NCBI GenBank assembly: GCA_029856365.1
Contig: JAHQWW010000106.1
Span: 1 to 13,344, forward strand
Origin: Candidatus Hodarchaeota archaeon
GTDB taxonomy: Archaea; Asgardarchaeota; Heimdallarchaeia; Hodarchaeales; Hodarchaeaceae
DNA: 13,344 nt
Reading direction: 5' to 3'
Shown here: piece by piece, positions 1-6,996 of the stretch
Numbering within the stretch: position 1 is the stretch's first letter
Layout of the letters: each line of letters begins with the position of its first letter
Program-made: the position numbers and the translations under genes
The notes under the pieces: generated by a model
What the model saw: the letters and a program-made list of their open reading frames with translations, nothing else
Database searches by the model: none
What the model was told of the DNA's origin: nothing

Positions 1-582
1 GGCTTCATTGCCAACAGATATTGCTTTTCCAAGTCTCAATCCTCTTCTCTCTATCCATATAAGGATTTGGGAAATCCACGACCCTGATTGACTGATCAAA
101 GAAATATTTCCTTCTTGATTTGAGGGTAATTCGAAAGGAAACCATGTACAATTAAAAATACCTTGTTTACAATGAAGATTTATTATACCAATGCAGTTTG
201 GACCAATGAAGCGCATTCTATAACGTTGAGCTATTTTGTTTAATTCTACTTGATTTTCAGTCTCACCCACCTCACTGAAACCTGCAGAAACGATAATTAC
301 ATAAGGAATACCTAGTTTTCCTGCTTTTTCTAGGTAATTAATAACCAATCGAGTTGGAAGGACAATTACAAGAAGATCAGGAATTTCTGGTAGATCTTCC
401 AAATCTCGATATGCCGGGAATCCTAAAATTGATTCTTCCGTAGGGTGAATTGGATAGATGTTTCCCTGGAACCGAGATCGCAAAACATATAGTTGTCCAG
501 TACCCATCGTTATAAAATTGTTACTTGCACCTAGAAAAGCAATAGATTTTGGATTCATTATTTTCTCTAAAAAATGTGTCAT
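1..582 (-). CDS. NDP-forming acyl-CoA synthetase (acetate-CoA ligase alpha-subunit family), N-terminal CoA-binding part; runs off the left edge
   Basis: Not in the ORF track. Manual translation from ATG at 582 gives MTHFLEKIMNPKSIAFLGAS...IYPIHP...PDLLVIVLP...VIIVSAGFSEVG...RFIGPNCIG...ISLISQSGS...KAISVGNEA, open to base 1. PKSIAxxGAS, SAGFSE, GPNCxG, SQSG and SVGN are hallmark AcdA-family motifs. Confidence 0.93.
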   Translation of the reverse strand, partial: MTHFLEKIMNPKSIAFLGASNNFITMGTGQLYVLRSRFQGNIYPIHPTEESILGFPAYRDLEDLPEIPDLLVIVLPTRLVINYLEKAGKLGIPYVIIVSAGFSEVGETENQVELNKIAQRYRMRFIGPNCIGIINLHCKQGIFNCTWFPFELPSNQEGNISLISQSGSWISQILIWIERRGLRLGKAISVGNEA

Positions 583-694
583 GATTTCGTCTTATTCGAT
601 ATCTATCGCTTTTCTTAAATATTTTCGGTAATACGTGAATATTTGACTACAATAAGGCTCTAATGCAGTTAATATTAGTTAGTCATTTATAATA

Positions 695-3445
695 TTATGA
701 AATCAATTTTCTTTGACAAAGTGGACAAGTATTCTCTTTTTCAACTTGATTAGGATGAATAAAATCAATCTGACATTTGGTACATTCCTTAGGGTATTTT
801 ATTAAGGATCCAGCACAATAAGGACAATTTTCTTTCAACACAAAACATGATAAACAAACTGGGCGATAACACTTATTGCAATAATATATTTCTGTTGAGT
901 TCTTAAATACATTCTGACAGACCTGACAAGTAATTCCTAATGTTTGTGTTCTGAAATGTTTTTTGTCGATTTGTGTTAAGAAAACCTTCTTCAGATGAAG
1001 TCTTTGTCGCAGTGTTTCACGTACAGCTTTAAAGGATAAGTCACTTTCAAATGGAATAACTTGCCCATTAAGTAACATCTTTTCTATTTGGTTTAATCGA
1101 CGTAAGGATGCATATTCTTGAATAGAATAGTCTGAAAGTTTATTAGTAGTTTGACAAGTTATTTCACACGACGGACATAATAGATTCTCTCCTAATTCTT
1201 CAACTGAAACAATTGTTATGAGACATTGAGGACAGGTTAATGGCAATTCCTGTAAATCTTTATTACCACATGAGGGACATGTTAACATTCTCGTTAACTC
1301 TAAACTTTTATGACAACTTTGACAGAGATACTTTAAACATCGTTTACACTGATAAAATGTTGAATTAGAAGTAATTTCTTCATTTCTTAATTGACAATTT
1401 GCTTGAAATCTCTCCGCAAGATAGAATCTGCCTTTCATTTGTGTTAAAATAAGTCCAGCATCAAGAGCAAAGTGTCTAGCGAATCTTATTCCATCAAAAA
1501 TGTTACCTAAAGATCTTTCTAAACGTTTAAATGGAATTGCATTCCCCCTTTTGATATCACGAGCAAGATCCCCAAGTTCTTGGTCAAATTTAAGAAAACC
1601 GTCCGTTATGAATAAGTCAGAGTCTTTAATGAATGTTCCTTTTTGGGGTGCTTTCACTAATTCTTTTTTCAGTATTTCAGGATTCGTATGGAGAATATCT
1701 GCTAAATCAGAAATTCGGATCACAGGACCTAGTTTTCTATCAATTATGCATGGATTGTTCACATTACTGGAGCTCAACAGGGTTATACTGTTCTTAATGA
1801 TTTCTGCATCTTTTTTAATAAATTCTCTTAACCACTTTATTTTCACGTCTAATTTTTCAGCAAGATTTGATAATTTGATTGTTTTTTCCTTTCTTATATT
1901 TCGTAATAGATTTTTTTCAAAAGAACTTAACCAATCTGGGGTTATAAGAAAACTAGTTCCTTTAAATGTTTGAATAACGAAAATTCCTTCGATTTCATCT
2001 GAGTTTTGATCTAAATAATCTCTTAACCACCTCAGATTGACATCTAATTCCTCAGCAAGATTATTCAAAGTGATTCTGCGTTTATCTTGAACTGTTTCCA
2101 AGAGTAAATCATTAAAGGAGTTTAACCACTCAGTAGTGGCAAAAGTAGGATACTTATGATAATCAAGTACTTTCTGGATATCAGGGGCAACTCTTCGGAT
2201 CATTCTTTTAAGGTTAACATTATCAAGAGACCCCAATTCGTTTTGTAACTCACTTATTCTAAACCGACTTTTTACCTGAAGTATTCTAGAAATCTCTTCC
2301 TGAAGACGTTTTGTTTCAATATCTGGTTCCCTAATCTCATATGTCCGTAAAATTGCACCAATTATTAGTAGGGAAAAGGTGGAAATCAATAGAACTGCAA
2401 TCACCACCATATCCAAAGGAATCACCATCAGACTCACACAAACACCCAGGAAGATTGTTAGATAACGCTTATGAGCCCAGCTGATCCATGTGACTACTAA
2501 AACTAGACAAAAAATAATCCAATTCTGATGGAAAGCTGTAAGGATAGGAGTTAACGGATCAATAAAGTCTGTTGAGTACACTTCGATGAATAATGTTGAA
2601 GAAACAATTAGTCCTAGAATACCAGCTTTTAAACTTCCAAATTGTTCAGCAGTATAGCCTCTTTCTATTGTCATTGAGATCTGATAAAGCTGGTCTGGGA
2701 CACTTCTATTACTAAAATAGAATCTCAATATAGCGAATAATCCAATAGAAAAGAATACAAAGAATATGTGTACTTGGATAATGACCAATAATAATACTAC
2801 AAAGAAAAAGAAAAAAGGAATTTCACGGTCATTTTCAAAATCCTCATGAAGAAAACCGATTAACTTACGACGATAGTTACTCAACACACGATTGACTGTT
2901 AATGTCCATCTCGCAGTTGGACTCCCGTATTTCTTGTAAGAAACATCAGAATCGAAAAAAATATCAAGGGAGAGAAAAATGATAAGTAGAAAAAATAAAG
3001 CAAAGGGAGAAGCAAAACCAATATTAATAGATTCTATATTCATTAAAACATAAAGAATTCCAAGCAAAATTATTGAGATCAATAAACAAATGTCAAGGAA
3101 TTTAGGAAACCTTTCATTATAAGAAAAAGGGATTATGAACAAGGAAGAGCTTTGAGGGGGCAAAAATTTTTCAATTAACGACCACAAACCCCTTATTGTT
3201 AGATAAAAAGAATAACAGAAACAAAAAATAACTATAGGGATAAAATTGGGGTTTTTAATAATATTCCAGATAAAGATAATGATATCAGAGGGTACTAAAT
3301 TAGGGACTTCAATACCGATAATTTCTAAGCTAAGATTCCCCATAAGAAAGGCTAAGAGTAGTCCAAAAACGAGTGTAACACCTAGTTTCAAGACTTCAGC
3401 GCTTTTTTTTGTTCCATTATTTTTCTGTGGAGGATCTAATGACAT
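695..3445 (-). CDS. 916-aa polytopic membrane protein with central winged-helix (PCI-like) repeats and two C-terminal Cys-rich RING/FYVE-like + zinc-ribbon modules
   Basis: Long ORF. Residues ~18-368 are mostly hydrophobic segments. Residues ~375-625 carry repeated I(T/K/R/S)xxxLAxxL helix-turn-helix-like units. The C-terminal ~240 aa hold 11 intact CxxC pairs plus one degenerate pair in two homologous blocks. The ORF is secure, the function is inferred. Confidence 0.85.
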   Translation of the reverse strand: MSLDPPQKNNGTKKSAEVLKLGVTLVFGLLLAFLMGNLSLEIIGIEVPNLVPSDIIIFIWNIIKNPNFIPIVIFCFCYSFYLTIRGLWSLIEKFLPPQSSSLFIIPFSYNERFPKFLDICLLISIILLGILYVLMNIESINIGFASPFALFFLLIIFLSLDIFFDSDVSYKKYGSPTARWTLTVNRVLSNYRRKLIGFLHEDFENDREIPFFFFFVVLLLVIIQVHIFFVFFSIGLFAILRFYFSNRSVPDQLYQISMTIERGYTAEQFGSLKAGILGLIVSSTLFIEVYSTDFIDPLTPILTAFHQNWIIFCLVLVVTWISWAHKRYLTIFLGVCVSLMVIPLDMVVIAVLLISTFSLLIIGAILRTYEIREPDIETKRLQEEISRILQVKSRFRISELQNELGSLDNVNLKRMIRRVAPDIQKVLDYHKYPTFATTEWLNSFNDLLLETVQDKRRITLNNLAEELDVNLRWLRDYLDQNSDEIEGIFVIQTFKGTSFLITPDWLSSFEKNLLRNIRKEKTIKLSNLAEKLDVKIKWLREFIKKDAEIIKNSITLLSSSNVNNPCIIDRKLGPVIRISDLADILHTNPEILKKELVKAPQKGTFIKDSDLFITDGFLKFDQELGDLARDIKRGNAIPFKRLERSLGNIFDGIRFARHFALDAGLILTQMKGRFYLAERFQANCQLRNEEITSNSTFYQCKRCLKYLCQSCHKSLELTRMLTCPSCGNKDLQELPLTCPQCLITIVSVEELGENLLCPSCEITCQTTNKLSDYSIQEYASLRRLNQIEKMLLNGQVIPFESDLSFKAVRETLRQRLHLKKVFLTQIDKKHFRTQTLGITCQVCQNVFKNSTEIYYCNKCYRPVCLSCFVLKENCPYCAGSLIKYPKECTKCQIDFIHPNQVEKENTCPLCQRKLIS

Positions 3446-3590
3446 TTGAAGTCGTTTTGGTTAAATAGTTTTTAAGATTATTTTTCTCGGAAACTGAGAA
3501 ACCGACACTTTGCAGAATATAAAGAAGAAATTTCTTTTTTTCTTAAAATACTTCAATAAATGAGTAATACTCCAACCTCATTCATAAGCT

Positions 3591-3645
3591 ATTTAAATTT
3601 CACAAATAACTCTTAGATAGAGAAAATTTCACAATTAATTGGTGA
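3591..3645 (+). promoter_or_regulatory. Putative archaeal TATA box (ATTTAAAT, 3591-3598) and Shine-Dalgarno GGTGA (3641-3645) for the 3652 gene
   Basis: GGTGA lies 6 nt before ATG 3652 and a TTTAAA element lies ~55 nt upstream. The AT-rich background weakens the TATA call. Confidence 0.5.
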
Positions 3646-3651
3646 ATTATT

Positions 3652-4158
3652 ATGAGTTTAAATGAATGTCCAAATTGTGGCGAATTAGCAAAACCAAATG
3701 AATTCTTCTGTCAATCCTGCGGGACAGCATTGACCAGTCCGCAAAGACCTCGTACTAAAGAAATTAGAGGTTATGTCCAAATCATTGGTACAGTTGAGAT
3801 CGTTTTGGGAATTATGGGCATAATAGCATCTATTTTATTCGCCTTTTTTGCAGTATTTATCCCTACTTTAATATCTGAGGGTGTAATTGAGTCAGCAGAA
3901 GAAAGTAGCGTATTAGCATCAGGAACAATAGTTACTTTTCTTGCTGTATTTATTGGTTTGATCGCAGTTTTATTTGTTATTTTTTCACTCACAGCTATTT
4001 TTAGTGGAATTAAACTAATGCAGTACAAGAATTCTGGTCGAATTGGTACAATGATAATCGGGGCTTTTTCCTTATTCCTCATCCCAGTGGGGACAATCTT
4101 TGGTGTTGCTGCGCTTTATATTTTAACAAAACCAGAAGTTGAACCTCTATTTATGTGA
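3652..4158 (+). CDS. Zinc-ribbon domain membrane protein
   Basis: N-terminal CPNCG-x9-CQSCG zinc ribbon followed by 3-4 hydrophobic helices. It has a good SD and a T-rich tract after the stop. Confidence 0.88.
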   Translation: MSLNECPNCGELAKPNEFFCQSCGTALTSPQRPRTKEIRGYVQIIGTVEIVLGIMGIIASILFAFFAVFIPTLISEGVIESAEESSVLASGTIVTFLAVFIGLIAVLFVIFSLTAIFSGIKLMQYKNSGRIGTMIIGAFSLFLIPVGTIFGVAALYILTKPEVEPLFM

Positions 4159-4167
4159 GACCATCAA

Positions 4168-4180
4168 CTTCTTCTTTTTT
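4168..4180 (+). terminator. Putative archaeal oligo-T/pyrimidine terminator
   Basis: CTTCTTCTTTTTT tract ~10 nt after the TGA stop at 4158. Confidence 0.4.
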
Positions 4181-4462
4181 CCCAAAAATTCCGTTTTCAT
4201 TGTTTAGTAAATGATTGAAATCTACCATTACCTGCATCGAAACCTATATATGTAAATATATTTTAATTTTGATCAAATTAAAATTGATGATTTGACGAAA
4301 ATTGGCCCATTAATTTTTAAAATTCCAAGTTAAAAATCCTCCAGCTTGCCACGAAAAAAATACTTTTATAGAAAAGAGTTCATTCTTCCATTTGTCTTCT
4401 ACTAAAAGAGAGGTTTTCTACGTCCAGACGATTAATTTCTTCTATTAGCTTGAGGAAAAAGC

Positions 4463-4657
4463 TTGGTTGAGGATAAGGATTTACGTCAGAAGTTTGACAA
4501 GGCCCTTGAGTTATTTATGAACAGGATTGAAGCCGATAATAGTATTCTCGCTGTTTTTGTGCTTGGTAGTTATACAAATGGTATTGTGTGGGAAAAATCG
4601 GATATCGACATGGTTATTGTAACCAAAGAGGAACAAGCATTGTTATTGGTATATTGA
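4463..4657 (+). pseudogene. Truncated Pol-beta-superfamily nucleotidyltransferase (N-terminal fragment)
   Basis: VFVLGSYTNGIVWEKSDIDMVIV matches the hGS-x(9-10)-DhD signature. The frame stops ~13 codons after the DID motif, before the strand that carries the third catalytic acid. Confidence 0.72.
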
Positions 4658-4714
4658 TGACCATCCTGATCTATTTGGTTTACGGAAAAAAGGAAAGAAA
4701 AATAAGAGTTGTCC

Positions 4715-5228
4715 ATGCGAGAGTCTCAAGAGAATGTATGATGGAAAATTTGGTCCTTTTTTATGATTGTACAGATTATTACAAGTTTTTTATTCTATAA
4801 TCTGAATGGATTTCTAGCAGTTTCATTACTTGGGTAGAATCTTGATAACAGGAGGAATTTTGGGAGGTGTTGATGTTTCTAATCTTCAAAAAATGGGTAA
4901 TATAGAAGCACAAGCAGGGCATCGAAAAAGGTTTGGGGTAGGCACTACAATCTTAGTTGATAGGGGACTTTACTCTGTATGTAGACACCCTCAATATTTT
5001 AGCTGGATGATATTCAATGTTACTTTAACCTTAATTGCTCAAAGTTGCATTGTTGCAATTTTGGGTGTTGGATCCATGATTTCAATCTATATACAGGCAC
5101 GTCAAGACGGCCACTCACTTATTCAAAAGTTCGGGGACAACTATAAACGATATATGGAATCTGTCCCACGAATGAACCTTTTCTTAGGAATTTTTCGACA
5201 AATTTGTCATAATATCTATAAAAATTGA
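4715..5228 (+). pseudogene. Disrupted isoprenylcysteine carboxyl methyltransferase / PEMT-family membrane methyltransferase
   Basis: The 3' frame (4830-5228) has LVDRGLYSVCRHPQY and FGDNYKRYMESVPR. The missing N-terminal TM part is in another frame: ATG 4715 MRESQENV*(TGA 4739)WKIWSFFMIVQIITSFLFYNLNGFLAVSLLG*(TAG 4835), joining ILITGGILG through a +1 shift near 4830-4838. Confidence 0.75.
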
Positions 5229-5287
5229 AAAAACTACAATCGAGGTTTGATCTATATGAAAATTATTGGTAGACAATTTATTGTTGA

Positions 5288-6310
5288 TTATTTTCGAACA
5301 TATTCTTTCATAATCTCATTTGGTATCTCTATAGCAAATTTACAAACCATATCGCCCCACAAAGCAGTCTGCAGCGGCTCTACGTTTATAAGCTGATCAA
5401 ACATCTCATCCCAATATAATTTGAAATATCCTCCACTACAATAACAGAAGTTCGGAGAGATCTCTCTTTCTGTTCCATCCTTTATTGCTCCCCTCACCCA
5501 AGGACAATAACACCAATAATATCGTTTCATGTGATTTGGACCTGCTTTTAAAAATTTTTTAATTTGATAAGGAACTTTTGTAACAATAATCTTATTATCG
5601 TCCCGTACTCCAGCACCCATTGTAGGGATGGTTTTTACATAATCAAGGACTTCATCATCTACTAATTGGGCAAACATTGCTGTTCCATCGCTTCTATGTC
5701 GCTCAACTTCATTCACGAATTCTTGATTCTTTATCTTGAGAAATTTATCTAAATCCTTTAATTCATTTAATTTCTCTTTATCCTTTCCAACTGGTGGTCC
5801 ACCATGTAAACAGGGCCGCAGCAGCTCTTTTGTCTTTTCTTTTCCTAATCTTTCTTCTAATCTTTTCATTACTAATTTTGTCACTTCAGGTTTCTTCTCA
5901 GGATGAGCTCCGAGCGGAGGAATTTCGATATCCTTGAAAATTTCATCTCGTACTGTCTCTCCATGCCATTCAGCTATTCGGTCATAGAGAGTATTCATTG
6001 CAGGAGCTGATTCTGCTATATCAAGAAGTTCCTCAATACGGTTGTGCATTCCGATAAAAGGGAAATATCTCCAAAGACCAAGAATAAGATGTCTTGCCGC
6101 TACTCTATCCTTTGAGGCTAACTGGTCTGAATATTCGATCAATTTTCCGTAAGAAAAGGAATTAATTGTTTCATTTTTTTCTTCAAGAAACCGAATAAAT
6201 CCGTTTACAGCTTCAAGGAAGCCAAGTATCGCATTTTCTGGTACATTGCTTTCTAAAAGAAAGGATTTGAACTGATCAAACTTATAACCGTTTTCCTCCA
6301 TATTACTCAC
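5288..6310 (-). CDS. Cys-rich DUF6144-like (V4R-fold-like) protein with helical N-terminal domain
   Basis: 340-aa ORF starting at GTG 6310 or the ATG three codons downstream. Cys motifs RPCLHG, YWCYCPW, FCYCSGGYF and VEPLQTALWGDMVCKFAI resemble the DUF6144/V4R-type C-terminus. Confidence 0.75.
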   Translation of the reverse strand: MSNMEENGYKFDQFKSFLLESNVPENAILGFLEAVNGFIRFLEEKNETINSFSYGKLIEYSDQLASKDRVAARHLILGLWRYFPFIGMHNRIEELLDIAESAPAMNTLYDRIAEWHGETVRDEIFKDIEIPPLGAHPEKKPEVTKLVMKRLEERLGKEKTKELLRPCLHGGPPVGKDKEKLNELKDLDKFLKIKNQEFVNEVERHRSDGTAMFAQLVDDEVLDYVKTIPTMGAGVRDDNKIIVTKVPYQIKKFLKAGPNHMKRYYWCYCPWVRGAIKDGTEREISPNFCYCSGGYFKLYWDEMFDQLINVEPLQTALWGDMVCKFAIEIPNEIMKEYVRK

Positions 6311-6485
6311 TTATCCAGTAAGAATATTAAGAACATATGATGATGAAAAATTTTCCTATCTAGGCAAATAAGTATAAGCAGTATACCCGAAATCTGAATT
6401 AATACTTCTATTTCAAGCAATTTTTGGACACCAGTTTTTGGGCTTAAATAAGCTTTACTCCCTCTTGAATCAAAAATAGTTTAAG

Positions 6486-6857
6486 CTAGAGATCTTTTTT
6501 CTGAATGCGTCCAATATCTGTCCGTTCCCGTGTGTATAATGACTTTAAATAATCGGTGATGCTTTGGAGTCGTTGCTCAAAAGGAATTGATTCATCTATA
6601 AATTGAGTTCGCATTAGTGCTTGATACTTCCCTTCTACCTTTTCTATTAATGTATTATGCCCAGTCTGCACTAATCGAATTTTGGGCTGATTTTGTATGA
6701 ATTCTATTAATTTCAACCAATTTTCAGCCGAGTGAGGGTTCATTCCTATTTCTTTCAGTCGACTTTTTGGAAATACGTCGTTCTGTGAATCTATGAATCG
6801 GAAGATTTCTTCAACTCGAGTTTGGTTTGTACGACGTTTTGGAGATTGTTGTACCAT
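6486..6857 (-). CDS. Small putative winged-helix DNA-binding protein
   Basis: 123-aa ORF with the pattern helix (TRVEEIFRFI), helix (KSRLKEIG), turn, helix (NPHSAENWLKLIEFI), beta-hairpin (IRLVQTGHNTLIEKV) and a helical C-terminus. It is divergent from the EutA-like gene. Confidence 0.7.
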   Translation of the reverse strand: MVQQSPKRRTNQTRVEEIFRFIDSQNDVFPKSRLKEIGMNPHSAENWLKLIEFIQNQPKIRLVQTGHNTLIEKVEGKYQALMRTQFIDESIPFEQRLQSITDYLKSLYTRERTDIGRIQKKDL

Positions 6858-6996
6858 TACTTAATAGATTTTGGGATCTGATAATTAAACTTTTTGATAT
6901 AATATTGTATCTTATCATATATAAAAATATCTTTAAATAATAAAAATGATAGCGGATTGATGACGAAACTCGGTCTCTGATAAGGAGTTAGATGAA
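6858..6996. promoter_or_regulatory. Divergent promoter region with TATA-like boxes, TGATA repeats and SD
   Basis: TATATAAA at 6918-6925, TTTAAATA at 6932-6939, inverted repeat TGATA(6895-6899)-N13-TATCA(6913-6917), and AGGAG at 6983-6987 before ATG 6997. Confidence 0.5.

Noticed and set aside
1500-1973. 157-aa + strand ORF (also 3246..3449 +)
   Set aside because: Antisense shadows of the 916-aa gene with no recognisable motifs.
3771-4082. 103-aa - strand ORF
   Set aside because: Antisense to the zinc-ribbon membrane gene. Its Ile/Lys/Thr-rich composition is what the reverse of a hydrophobic gene produces.
4463-4657. Possible MNT antitoxin of a MNT-HEPN toxin-antitoxin or nucleotide-signalling defence system
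   Set aside because: The NTase is too short to be complete and no HEPN or effector gene is adjacent.
4588-4800. 70-aa + strand ORF
   Set aside because: Overlaps both pseudogene fragments out of frame. At most its middle is a relic of another gene's 3' end, not an independent CDS.
4739-4837. In-frame TGA/TAG as selenocysteine or pyrrolysine recoding
   Set aside because: A frameshift is also needed to restore the gene, the positions are not catalytic, no SECIS-like element was recognised, and TGA/TAG act as normal stops elsewhere in the window.
5990-6310. Integrase or mobile element suggested by the SAM-like N-terminus of the 340-aa protein
   Set aside because: No catalytic tyrosine-recombinase motifs, att-like repeats, transposase or terminal inverted repeats were seen.
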